From the NCBI GenBank assembly GCA_964402825.1, contig CAYOEI010000294.1:1-49780 (forward strand): a stretch of DNA of 49,780 bases, read 5' to 3'. This document shows, piece after piece, positions 19,130-28,018 of this stretch; position 1 is the stretch's first letter, and each line of letters begins with the position of its first letter. The notes below the pieces were generated by a model that made no database searches, was not told the origin of the DNA, and saw only the letters and a list, made by a program, of their open reading frames with translations. The DNA is from an uncultured Hyphomicrobiaceae bacterium. Lineage in GTDB: Bacteria > Pseudomonadota > Alphaproteobacteria > Rhizobiales > Methyloligellaceae. The translations under genes were made by a program, and so were the position numbers.

Positions 19130-19309
19130 AGTCCGGAAGTCTGACAGACGCCCAGACGCCGAGGATTACTTTTTCCAGGTGTTCGCGGTGCTTAACGCTC
19201 CGTCTTCTGGCGAAAAAGCAAACTTATCCCCGCCCACTCCAAAAATCGTAAGCTTTGATAATCAAGGTATATATTCCTATCTAATGTATTTAGGACACTC
19301 ACTAGGCTG

Positions 19310-19729
19310 ATGCCTGAGTTGCGGGAAAGGAGTGAGTATATGGAGGTTGTACAGTTTGTACGGGATAATGCGATGTGCTGTGTTCGAAAGACGACGGCAA
19401 TACCGCTATCTACAAGAATTGCAAGGCGGGTGGTTGAACGGGCAGTGGCCATTGCTTTTGAAGTGCCGTTGAAAGAGCTCCGCGCGACAACGCGGCGCGA
19501 GGCGCGAATTGCTTTTGCCCGGCAAGTTGCAATGTATCTGGTTCATGTTGCCTATGGTTTTACCCTGACCCAGGTAGGCACCATGTTCAGGCGCGACCGT
19601 ACCACAGTCGCCCACGCCTGCATTATTATAGAAGATCGCAGGGATGATCTGGCATTTGACGTGCTGTTAGACGATCTGGAAACAGCCGTTGTGTGTCTGA
19701 CCTCAGCTCTCAACAGCTTCAAGATTTGA
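19310..19729 (+). CDS. small DnaA-domain-IV-like helix-turn-helix protein (GafY / GafA-N-terminal-like candidate)
   Basis: 139 aa. RIAFARQVAMYLVHVAYGFTLTQVGTMFRRDRTTVAHAC resembles the DnaA C-terminal DNA-binding domain (..R.IAMYL.R......S...IG..FGRDHSTV.HA). Confidence 0.65.
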   Translation: MPELRERSEYMEVVQFVRDNAMCCVRKTTAIPLSTRIARRVVERAVAIAFEVPLKELRATTRREARIAFARQVAMYLVHVAYGFTLTQVGTMFRRDRTTVAHACIIIEDRRDDLAFDVLLDDLETAVVCLTSALNSFKI

Positions 19730-19732
19730 CTT

Positions 19733-20623
19733 ATGGCGGACAAGAGGAGTGAGAGAAAAAGCGTGGTTGTCGAGCAGGAGTTGCGGCGTGTGGCTGCGCG
19801 CATCTTCCCCAAACTTGCCAATGACGCTGGGTATCTGGAAAAGCTCAGCGGGCATCCGGGCGGAACAGCATCAGTATTTGGTGTATTCAGCCGTCGCAAC
19901 AATTTTCGCCGTTACATTCTGAGCGTCGAGGAAAATGTCGTCGATGGGCTGAAAAAGAGGGGGTGGCTGGAGCAGGCTGACGGACGCATCGTGCTTGCCG
20001 AAGAGGGGCTTTTATGGCTTCGCCGTCATCTTGCTGGCGCGGAACCATTCCTCGAACAACACCAACTGCGTGAGACATCAAGCCGGGAAATTAACGGGAC
20101 GTATCGGCCGGTTATTGTCAACCATGGGGAAAGTCCCCTGGGTTGGCTTCGCCGTAGAAAAGACCGTAACGGCATACCCCTGATCGATGCGCAGCAATTC
20201 GAGGCCGGCGAGAGGCTGCGGGCTGAATTTGAACGCGGCCAGCTGTCGCCTGATATCACCTCTCATTGGGGCGCGGCTGCATCATCCAGACGCGGGCGCC
20301 GCGCGGCGCCCGCAGGAGTTGCAGGGCTGCAAGATAATGTGCTGGCTGCACGGCAGCGGGTGATAAAGGCGCTTGAAGCAGTTGGACCAGAGCTTTCAGG
20401 TGTACTGCTTGATATCTGCTGTCATCTGCAGGGCCTGTCTGATGCCGAGAAGAGCCGGGGTTGGCCCCAGCGCTCGGGTAAGGTGATACTCCAGATCGCG
20501 CTGTCCCGGCTTGCCCGGTATTACGGGCTGATCAGGGATCAGAACAGCACGAACAGTAGCGGCTTGAAAATACGTCATTGGGGCACGGAAAATTTCAAGC
20601 CGACTCTGGATGAATGGCGATAG
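19733..20623 (+). CDS. DUF6456-like protein with C-terminal sigma-region-4-like HTH (GafZ / GafA-C-terminal-like candidate)
   Basis: 296 aa, starting 4 nt after the previous stop. The C-terminus LSGVLLDICCHLQGLSDAEKSRGWPQRSGKVILQIALSRLARYYGL looks like an HTH. Confidence 0.55.
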   Translation: MADKRSERKSVVVEQELRRVAARIFPKLANDAGYLEKLSGHPGGTASVFGVFSRRNNFRRYILSVEENVVDGLKKRGWLEQADGRIVLAEEGLLWLRRHLAGAEPFLEQHQLRETSSREINGTYRPVIVNHGESPLGWLRRRKDRNGIPLIDAQQFEAGERLRAEFERGQLSPDITSHWGAAASSRRGRRAAPAGVAGLQDNVLAARQRVIKALEAVGPELSGVLLDICCHLQGLSDAEKSRGWPQRSGKVILQIALSRLARYYGLIRDQNSTNSSGLKIRHWGTENFKPTLDEWR

Positions 20624-21062
20624 GTTTTGAAGGGATTGGTTGAGATAGCGCCAGGCGTGCATCGCTTTGGATGCGCTCGACCATCGATGCAAATCCATTT
20701 GAGCGTTGGGGGGTTAAATGCTCTCCCAAGCCAAGTTTCTGGAACACGGCGTGCGCATCGGTATTGCGTATTTCTGATGCAGTCTTGCAGGAATAGATCG
20801 CGAAGAGAATGGCAATAAGCCCACGGACGATGTGCGCATCGCTGTCACCGGAAAACTTTAGTCTGGGCTCGCCGATAGCAGCATCTGACTCAATTTTTGT
20901 GGCGAGCCAAACCTGGCTGGCGCAGCCCTGAACCTTGTTTTTGTCTGAACGGTCTTGCTCACTCAATGGGTCAAGGGTTCTGCCAAGTTCGATGATGTAG
21001 CGATACCGGTCTTCCCACTCATCAAGGAACTCGAAATCCGACGATATGTTTTCCAGCGACAT
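20595..21062 (-). CDS. sufE: SufE-like cysteine desulfuration/sulfur acceptor protein
   Basis: FLDEWEDRYRYIIELG, KVQGCASQVWL (acceptor Cys), GDSDAHIVRGLIAIL and TPQRSNG motifs. Its 3' end overlaps the convergent gene by 29 nt. Confidence 0.85.
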   Translation of the reverse strand: MSLENISSDFEFLDEWEDRYRYIIELGRTLDPLSEQDRSDKNKVQGCASQVWLATKIESDAAIGEPRLKFSGDSDAHIVRGLIAILFAIYSCKTASEIRNTDAHAVFQKLGLGEHLTPQRSNGFASMVERIQSDARLALSQPIPSKPIAIHPESA

Positions 21063-21181
21063 GGCATATATTTTTCATGTTCGTACATAGAACCAGGGTC
21101 TGGACCCTAGCCGATCTCATGGATCATTAAAAGCCGCTCAAGTCCGCATTTGCGAGTGGGAGCCTTACAATTAATGTTTTG

Positions 21182-21234
21182 AAAAAATATAAGCGGCACG
21201 CACCCCGGACGGGGAAAGGGCAGGGGGATACCGC
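21182..21234 (-). terminator. orphan terminator-like hairpin plus U-run in the middle of a 353-bp intergenic region
   Basis: Reverse strand: GCGGTA...CCCC-N4-GGGG...TGCCGC compound stem, then TTATATTTTTTC. It lies ~180 nt downstream of the DUF5330 stop. Confidence 0.35.
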
Positions 21235-21415
21235 CCGTGATGCGCGCCAAGGCAGATGGTGGCTGCCGGTAAACTTGCGTTCTGGAGAAATTGCTGCTTT
21301 TGCGCAATGACGCTTACCGCAACTTCTCTCTTTCCCCAGGCAGCGGCCTGGTTGTGACCGCCTGCCCCATAAATTTTTGCCAGCTTGTGGCTTTTGCCAG
21401 TTTGCCGGCGGTCAA

Positions 21416-21790
21416 TTAAACACCGGAACCATTGTCAGACGGGATTGACCAGCTAGGCTTCATATCTTCGGCAGTGAGGGTGCTTTGGGTATCCCTGCGG
21501 AAGAACGAAGGGCGGCGATTACCACTCTGTGATACCGGCTGATAATTTGCGTCGCCGGTCTTTTCCTGGACGAAGTCCATCAGCATTTTCGCGCCAAACT
21601 TAGCTTTCTGGCTGAATGTGTAAGCAGCGTTTTTCGAAGCCTCACATACACCAGGATTGCGTGTGCAGAAGCCGCGGAGGTCTTGTACTGCCGCTTCGGC
21701 GTTCCCGTATACGGCCTGTTGTTTCTGCTCATCTGTTGGCAGAATAAGTATAAGCAGACTGAGCCAAAAGGCTGTTCTAATCAAAAACAT
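21416..21790 (-). CDS. DUF5330 domain-containing secreted/membrane protein
   Basis: MFLIRTAFWLSLLILILP... N-terminus and the CTRNPGVCEAS motif. I prefer ATG at 21790 over the track start at 21850. Confidence 0.65.
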   Translation of the reverse strand: MFLIRTAFWLSLLILILPTDEQKQQAVYGNAEAAVQDLRGFCTRNPGVCEASKNAAYTFSQKAKFGAKMLMDFVQEKTGDANYQPVSQSGNRRPSFFRRDTQSTLTAEDMKPSWSIPSDNGSGV

Positions 21791-21894
21791 GGATTTGCCC
21801 TTTCCAATAGAGTTCGATCGCACGAACCATGAGCAAACCGTAGCAAACACAAAATAATATCAAAAAAATAACATCGATTATATTTGAGTTATAC

Positions 21895-21936
21895 TTGATA
21901 TAAATTTTATTATTATTTGATATAAATTTTATTATT
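21895..21936. repeat. two tandem copies of TTGATATAAATTTTATTATT (22-bp period) inside an AT-rich islet
   Basis: Exact 20-mer at 21895-21914 and 21917-21936. Confidence 0.9.
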
Positions 21937-22328
21937 CTTATTTTTATTAAAAGAAAACTCAAATTGTACTAAAATGAAAAATCAATTTGTCTAAAATTTT
22001 ACTTATTATCCATTAGATTTAGCGTCTTACAAAATGGCTTATTAGAGCCAATTTTTTTGTATGTGCAGGAGAGTAATCCTCTTCAGTGGGGGGTCTCGTG
22101 TAAGCGCAAGGCATGAGCAAAGCAGGATTCTCATTCCAAAATTTCTTCAGGAAATATGCAGTGACTCTGGCTCGTTAAACGACCGGACAGGTAGGGAAGC
22201 ATTAACCATAGCGTGACTTTAGGGAGTTATGGCGCAGAAATAACAGCTTTTGCGGCGTGTGCACCCCCTGCAGATAGCATCCTTTCAGTTTTCATTAAAC
22301 GGGGGAGCCGATACTCCAGTCATGGTTT

Positions 22329-24182
22329 GTGAGGGACAGCACCACTGAGTGTGGTGTTGAGGGAAGGGCGACAACAGTAATGAGTACCCACGGCTTGGAT
22401 GTCTATTTCCGCTCCTTGGTGCATGATGCGGTGCGCGCCGATGAACTAGCGGCTGCCCGGCATCAATCATTTATTGCATCGCATATGATTGGCGGATTCC
22501 TCGCGCTGGTAATTTTTCCGGTTTATCTCGCCGCCATCGGCCAGCCTTCCTTGTTGTCAGGCATTGCATTTGCATGGTTGATTTCTCCCATACTCATTGC
22601 GGTCTATCTGTCGAGAAGCGGCCAGTTGGAGCATGCCCACCTGATTTCGGCGGTTAATCTGACCGGATTGGTAACCTTCGCGGCCTCGATTACCGGTGGC
22701 ATGTCATCGTTTTTGATTGCATGGATGATAATTGTTCCAATGGAAGCGGCGCTTTCCGCCGATCGCCGGGTTGTTATCACAGCCATAGGCATTGCGGCCC
22801 TGGCTCTTCTGGGATTGAGTTTTGCAGGGATGGCCGGCGTTTTGCCTGTCGCACAAACCTTCACAAAAGAGCTTGCGATCCTTGCGTTGCTCGGCTCCAT
22901 GTCCGCGCTGGTGTATGCGGGCGGCCTGGCAGTTTCCGTGCAGAATCTTTATGGCCAATCTGAAGGGGAAATCCGGCGCGGTGAAAAACGGTACCGTCTA
23001 CTGGCGGAAAATGCGACGGATATGATCACCCGGCACAATGCCAGGGGGCAGGTCCTGTTTGCATCAATCGCTTCTGAGCGGATGCTCGGCGTATCCTCGC
23101 GGATGTTATTGGGCAGTGGTTTGTTTGAACGAATTCATGTGGCTGACAGACCAGCTTATCTAAATGCATTAAGCCGGTCGGCTGAGCTTAATGAATCAGT
23201 GTCAGTTGAGTTTCGGGTGCGCAGCAACGCTGGTGGAGGAGCCGGGAACACACATTCAGTGAATATGTTTTATTGGGTCGAGATGAGATGCCGCCCGGTG
23301 GTGCAAACGGAAAATAATGACGGTGCGCCCGAAATCGTGGCGGTAACGCGAGATATATCGGCACGCAAAGAGCAGGAAGATGAACTTCTCAGAGCGCGTG
23401 ATAATGCTGAATCGGCAAGCCAGGCCAAGACGCACTTCCTGGCCAATATGAGCCATGAGCTGCGTACACCACTAAACGCCATCATTGGCTTTTCTGAAAT
23501 ACTAAGCCGTGAAATGTATGGCCGGATTGGTGAGGAACGCTACCGGGAATACGCACACTTAATTCACGAAAGCGGCGAGCATCTGCTGAGTGTGGTCAAC
23601 GAGGTTCTTGATATGTCGAAAATCGAGGCCGGTAAATTCGATATTATCGTTGAGCCATTCAATGTCGATGGCCTGCTGAATTCATGCTGCGAGATCATGC
23701 GCCACCAGGGTGAGAAAAAATCGATCACCATTCAAATGGAAACCGGGGCTGATATGCCGGAGCTGGTGGCCGACAAGCGCGCGTGCAAGCAAATTCTTTT
23801 GAATCTTCTGGCAAATGCCATCAAATTCACCGGTGAGGGGGGCAGCGTGAAGGTGCTTGCCAACCGCCTGCGCGATGACATTGAGCTGGTGGTCGAGGAC
23901 AACGGAATTGGTATCGCCGCGGAGGATATCCCCAAACTTGGAAGTCCATTCGTCCAGGCAGAGAGCAGCTATAATCGTGGCTATGAAGGCGCGGGGCTTG
24001 GTTTGTCAGTTGTTAAGGGGCTTGTGCGTCTGCACGGAGGATCTTTCGACATAGATAGCGAGATTGGCGAAGGAACCAGGGTGCGGATTCGTCTGCCGAT
24101 AAATGGCATCAGCGATGAACCACTTGAAGAAAATGAAAAACTTGATGGGCACGTTCCATTGGACATGGTTATCAGTGCATAA
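22329..24182 (+). CDS. membrane-bound PAS sensor histidine kinase (DivJ/PleC-type HisKA)
   Basis: N-terminal multi-TM region, a PAS region, H-box [25 protein letters not shown]-box [13 protein letters not shown]1 VEDNGIGI, G2 GAGLGLSVV. No receiver domain. An alternative start is at 22380. Confidence 0.85.
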   Translation: MRDSTTECGVEGRATTVMSTHGLDVYFRSLVHDAVRADELAAARHQSFIASHMIGGFLALVIFPVYLAAIGQPSLLSGIAFAWLISPILIAVYLSRSGQLEHAHLISAVNLTGLVTFAASITGGMSSFLIAWMIIVPMEAALSADRRVVITAIGIAALALLGLSFAGMAGVLPVAQTFTKELAILALLGSMSALVYAGGLAVSVQNLYGQSEGEIRRGEKRYRLLAENATDMITRHNARGQVLFASIASERMLGVSSRMLLGSGLFERIHVADRPAYLNALSRSAELNESVSVEFRVRSNAGGGAGNTHSVNMFYWVEMRCRPVVQTENNDGAPEIVAVTRDISARKEQEDELLRARDNAESASQAKTHFLANMSHELRTPLNAIIGFSEILSREMYGRIGEERYREYAHLIHESGEHLLSVVNEVLDMSKIEAGKFDIIVEPFNVDGLLNSCCEIMRHQGEKKSITIQMETGADMPELVADKRACKQILLNLLANAIKFTGEGGSVKVLANRLRDDIELVVEDNGIGIAAEDIPKLGSPFVQAESSYNRGYEGAGLGLSVVKGLVRLHGGSFDIDSEIGEGTRVRIRLPINGISDEPLEENEKLDGHVPLDMVISA

Positions 24183-24329
24183 ATGCCAAAACCGTTGGCG
24201 CAAATATTACGTTAACTGAAATACGCTGCGTTTAGCAAAAATTCACGTTCGCTTTTCATACTGTGAACTCTCGTCCTCCGCTGGGGGAAGGAACGTAGTG
24301 GTTGGAAAATCAGCGCGGCAAGAGGGGTC

Positions 24330-24992
24330 ATGTCAACGCTGCAAGCAAGAATCTTATTGGTTGCGTTCGTCGGGCTTTCGGCGGTGATAACCTATAATGC
24401 GATTTACCTTCAAAATGGGTCGCATCCTGCACCTATGGCAAGTCAGGGACAGGACACTGAATTGCGTGCGGCAAGGACGCGGACCCGTACGGCCAGTATC
24501 CGCAAACCCACCACTCATAAAGATACGTCAAGCGAATTACCGCCAAGATCAAAGAGTGTTTTGGCGATTCAGCGTAAGCTCGCTGAAAACGGCTATGAAA
24601 CGGGTCCGGCAGATGGTGTGCTGGGCGTGATGACGAGGGCATCAATTATGGCTTACCAGTATGATCAAGGACTGAGAGTTACTGGAATTGCGTCGGACGG
24701 GTTGCTGAAAAGAATGATCCTGGGGGAATCGATTGATGATGATGATCTGTCGCAATCCCAGGCGGTGCCGCGTGAGACTGCCGCACTGGTCAAAGCCGTT
24801 CAAAAGGCCCTGACAGATCTCAAATATGAACTTGGTCCAGCGGATGGGATATTCGGCGCTGCGACGCGCAAGGCCATTGAACGCTTCGAGAAGGACCATA
24901 AGTTGGCCGTGAAGGGTCGCATTTCCGCGAAGCTGTTGAAGGAAATGATGCAGACAAGTGGTGTGCGCTTTTCCGAAGTATACTCGGGTTAA
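24330..24992 (+). CDS. peptidoglycan-binding (PG_binding_1 x2) protein
   Basis: N-terminal TM segment and two repeats of the ..QR.L...GY..GP.DG..G..TR.AI..... pattern. Confidence 0.75.
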   Translation: MSTLQARILLVAFVGLSAVITYNAIYLQNGSHPAPMASQGQDTELRAARTRTRTASIRKPTTHKDTSSELPPRSKSVLAIQRKLAENGYETGPADGVLGVMTRASIMAYQYDQGLRVTGIASDGLLKRMILGESIDDDDLSQSQAVPRETAALVKAVQKALTDLKYELGPADGIFGAATRKAIERFEKDHKLAVKGRISAKLLKEMMQTSGVRFSEVYSG

Positions 24993-25040
24993 ACAACCTA
25001 CAGTCTCAGCAGTCAGTTTGCCCTCATGCTCCAGCCTTCC

Positions 25041-25388
25041 ATGCGTATTAAATCTGAAATCTGGGTCATGGCCTATTTACGCCGCTGCTCTTTCAACGGC
25101 GCACCTGCGGTGATTTCGCGCCGCGGACAAGGCGATGGCGGCGCCATCTTCATCAGGATTAACACGCTTGATAGTCAGGCTTCGGTCTATGGTCCGGCGC
25201 TGGCGGGTTTGGATGAAAGCAGCACGGAGCGGCGATGGTCGCTATGTTGTGGAGAGGGTGCGGTGAGCGATACTGAGGCTGATAACTACCTCAAGCGGCA
25301 GGCCGAATTTGATCCTGACATCTGGGTCATTGAGGTTGAAGAACGCGATGGCAGGCACTTTCTTGGCGAGTCGCTCTCCAAAGGTTAG
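25041..25388 (+). CDS. DUF1491 family protein
   Basis: MRIKSEIWVMAYLRRC...AVISRRGQGDGGAIFIRIN...FDPDIWVIEVE. The track ORF begins at 25026. Confidence 0.7.
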   Translation: MRIKSEIWVMAYLRRCSFNGAPAVISRRGQGDGGAIFIRINTLDSQASVYGPALAGLDESSTERRWSLCCGEGAVSDTEADNYLKRQAEFDPDIWVIEVEERDGRHFLGESLSKG

Positions 25389-25556
25389 CTCCGGCGCCCA
25401 CTCGCACACAGCTGTTTCAAACTCAAACGCTCATTATCAATTTTTTAACCATAACTGGTCCCTAATCAACATGCCGTGCCCATAGCGTCGGCTTAAGTTG
25501 AATACATCCTATTGGAGAGTCCCGTCTGTAATTTGCAAGGATAGAGGATACCCGCA

Positions 25557-25766
25557 ATGGTCACGATCCTGGAATTTCACCCGCCCGGACACGATGGGGA
25601 AGGTCTGGATACCACGCGTGCACCTGTCAAGCATCCAAGTGGCCGTTCAGCCGAGATCATAATTTTCCCTGGTGTTAGAATTGAGCATCATAAAGAAAAT
25701 GAAATAGTCAGAGCTGCGGCAAAGTCCAGGAAAATAACCAAACGGACTGTTCGCCGCAAACGGTGA
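25557..25766 (+). CDS. small hypothetical protein with a basic C-terminus
   Basis: 69 aa. AGAGGA lies 8 nt upstream of the ATG. The AEIIIFPGVRIEHH motif resembles small conserved alphaproteobacterial hypotheticals. Confidence 0.4.
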   Translation: MVTILEFHPPGHDGEGLDTTRAPVKHPSGRSAEIIIFPGVRIEHHKENEIVRAAAKSRKITKRTVRRKR

Positions 25767-25803
25767 ATAAAGAATAAGACCGTTTCTTTGTTGTGAGTTT
25801 GTA

Positions 25804-26706
25804 ATGAAGAGTCGAGTGGTTATGCCAACTTTACCCATCGCCTCCAGATGGCGAGTTCACAAATATGAACGCGTATCCTGGAGTGCTGGATTCTCACTTT
25901 TAACAAAATTACTCCTGATGCCTGCAACGCTGTCGTTCCTTCTAAGCGCCTGTGCCCTTGAAGGTGACTTCGGCCGTCCCAGAGCCTCGATATTTGATCG
26001 GATGGCGGACGAACTGCTGCCAAGTGCAACAACGCTGCTGGGTAGCCGTGGAGGATCTGGGGTAACCAATGATGAGATGGCGATGCGTGAGGCCGGATAC
26101 CGCCTGTCCAGTCCATTAGCGCCGCTGCAATCTCCTTCTGCCGGCCCCGGAGGCGGTTTTGGCGGGTCCCGCAGCAATTATTACAATGCACCCTCTCCCC
26201 TCGCGGTGATCGATGAGGAACTGCAGATTGATCACCAGGTGTTGACGCATTTTGGTCAGGCGGCCAGGCGAGTGTTGATCACCGACAGCCGGCGGATGCA
26301 GGCAGTTTATGACAAAGACCCAATGATCCTGGTAGAGGACAAGCGCTCGGCACGTGAGCGCATGAAAGAAAATTACGTATTTATTGAACAGACATTCCAA
26401 GACTTGGGGCGGCGGGTCCAGACTTATAGATATGCGCTGGATGAGCTCAGGAATACCAAACCAGAGCTGGTGACTGTGGAACTAGATGGATCATTAGGCC
26501 ATTTGCACGAACGAATGGCCTCTCTAAAATATGAACTCACCAGATATTTTGGTACGGCAGTCTCACGTAGAGGAGATTACGTCCCGCCGCGTTTTGCCTC
26601 GCGTGAGATGAACATGCCTGATTATGGGGCGCAGACACAGCAATATCCGGTGCCCACCTCGCTTCATTACGATCCCAAGAGCAACACAGCGCGCCGTTTT
26701 AAGTAG
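25804..26706 (+). CDS. hypothetical lipoprotein
   Basis: 300-aa ORF with a lipobox-like LLSAC after a hydrophobic stretch. The start codon is uncertain. Confidence 0.55.
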   Translation: MKSRVVMPTLPIASRWRVHKYERVSWSAGFSLLTKLLLMPATLSFLLSACALEGDFGRPRASIFDRMADELLPSATTLLGSRGGSGVTNDEMAMREAGYRLSSPLAPLQSPSAGPGGGFGGSRSNYYNAPSPLAVIDEELQIDHQVLTHFGQAARRVLITDSRRMQAVYDKDPMILVEDKRSARERMKENYVFIEQTFQDLGRRVQTYRYALDELRNTKPELVTVELDGSLGHLHERMASLKYELTRYFGTAVSRRGDYVPPRFASREMNMPDYGAQTQQYPVPTSLHYDPKSNTARRFK

Positions 26707-26727
26707 CTGCTGCACCTGGCAATAATG

Positions 26728-27297
26728 TCAGCGCTGAAGGTTTACTCCGGGCAGATTTTTTGAGCACGAGCCTTGCTGCAATGCGGCTTCGGTCTGAGCT
26801 GCATAGCTGGGGCCGAGCAGGGGCGCTCTGATAAGGGCTATGCCTTCTCGCACAGGTGAATCAACAACGATCAAATCCTCGATTTCGTCCAGCAGGCTGG
26901 CGCCCGCCTTTACCCCAACTTCGTTTTGAGTCGAGATAATGATTTCGATCTGGCTGCGCTTCAGTTCCCGGCCGGTTATGGCGTAGAAGTTCTCACCACT
27001 GGGTGTGTAGAAAGCGATAGACCACAGATCATCAAGAATTTGCGTACTCAAGCGAACCGGCCCGTTATCCAGATTAAAACGGCACACTCCATATCTAACG
27101 TCCGGTGCCATCAACGGCAGGCTTTGATGTGAGGGGCTGGCCGCCGGCAGAACGATCATCTGGTTTTCATCAGTGAGCGCGGTCACTCTCGCCCAGGCAT
27201 TTTTCGGTGCGAGATAGGGAAGGCTCAAGACTGCAACGATGTGAATAAACGCGGCAAGAAATATAATTGTGAGGGTGGTAAAGAGGGCATTTCTCAT
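26728..27297 (-). CDS. membrane-anchored DUF1254-like protein
   Basis: N-terminal TM, then a soluble domain. ATG at 27297 forms an ATGA overlap with the upstream gene's stop. The family assignment is from memory of the Rhizobiales DUF1214/DUF1254 gene pair. Confidence 0.5.
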   Translation of the reverse strand: MRNALFTTLTIIFLAAFIHIVAVLSLPYLAPKNAWARVTALTDENQMIVLPAASPSHQSLPLMAPDVRYGVCRFNLDNGPVRLSTQILDDLWSIAFYTPSGENFYAITGRELKRSQIEIIISTQNEVGVKAGASLLDEIEDLIVVDSPVREGIALIRAPLLGPSYAAQTEAALQQGSCSKNLPGVNLQR

Positions 27298-27914
27298 TTG
27301 CATACCACCTTACGGATGGTTGGCAGCCCGCGCGTTGATGCCCCTTTGTTGAGTACGTTTCCAGCATCTCTCAGGCCATAAGCGCGCAGTACCAGTTTCA
27401 TGCTTCCCTGTTCGGCGGTCGGAAGCCAGTTCCCAGGGCGTGCACTGCGTGCGAGTACGATGCGATAGGAGCCATCCGCGCGTCTCGCAACGTCCGTTCT
27501 GTTGAAGGAATGGCGATTGGCCTTGTTCGGTATAAGCCTCCCTGATCCATCATAGGCCGCCAGGCTCCACCAAGCTGCATTTAAGGGTTGTCCGTCGATT
27601 ACATATTCACAGTCCGAGGTCATCTGAGCCCCGGATTCATCGCTGTTGGCAAAAAAGTAGAGTGCACTGGTTGAGGTGATTGGCAGCCGGCCGGCGCGCG
27701 CCATATACGCTTTAGTATAAGGATCAGCGTCAGGCCTTCCAGCCGAATGCCAGACTGACCAAGGACCCAAATGGCTTGTTGTCAGGGCTGATCCTTCTTC
27801 GATCATATACCATGCCGAACCCAGACCGAGCGTCAGGGCGGTGATGAATATCAGAAGAAATTTCAAGAGCGTGCGCACGCTAATCAGGTTCCGTGTGGTG
27901 ACCGTTTGTGACAT
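27294..27914 (-). CDS. membrane-anchored DUF1214-like protein
   Basis: 206 aa. N-terminal TM, WWSLAAYD and NWLPT motifs reminiscent of DUF1214. Confidence 0.5.
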   Translation of the reverse strand: MSQTVTTRNLISVRTLLKFLLIFITALTLGLGSAWYMIEEGSALTTSHLGPWSVWHSAGRPDADPYTKAYMARAGRLPITSTSALYFFANSDESGAQMTSDCEYVIDGQPLNAAWWSLAAYDGSGRLIPNKANRHSFNRTDVARRADGSYRIVLARSARPGNWLPTAEQGSMKLVLRAYGLRDAGNVLNKGASTRGLPTIRKVVCK

Positions 27915-28018
27915 GGAGCCATGAGTTAGACTTGGCCCCGTCCAACTCTAAATCCAGACTCACGTGATGACACTTCAATATCACTGTGCGCCAAAAAATA
28001 TAATCGGTGATTTCATCT

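Noticed and set aside
20595-20623. 29-nt convergent overlap of sufE and the DUF6456-like gene as a possible antisense regulatory device
   Set aside because: Short 3'-3' overlaps are common in compact genomes. Either stop may simply be a lineage-specific extension, and nothing further in the sequence supports regulation.
21107-21307. 66-aa reverse ORF in the sufE-DUF5330 gap. I also asked whether this gap hides a tmRNA, RNase P RNA or 4.5S RNA.
   Set aside because: The ORF is low-complexity with no RBS. I found no T-arm-like GGTTCGA..TCC, no RNase P GGAAAGTCCGG core and no plausible tag-peptide reading frame ending in AA-stop. Only a generic sRNA or 3' UTR hypothesis was kept.
21895-21936. 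Possible CRISPR-like or minisatellite array
   Set aside because: There are only two adjacent copies with a 2-nt gap, no spacers and no cas genes. I kept it as a short tandem repeat only.
21777-21962. 61-aa reverse ORF (MSFLLIKIRIIKFISNNNK...) in the AT-rich islet
   Set aside because: Its Ile/Asn/Lys composition is simply a translation of AT-rich DNA, and it overlaps the DUF5330 start region.
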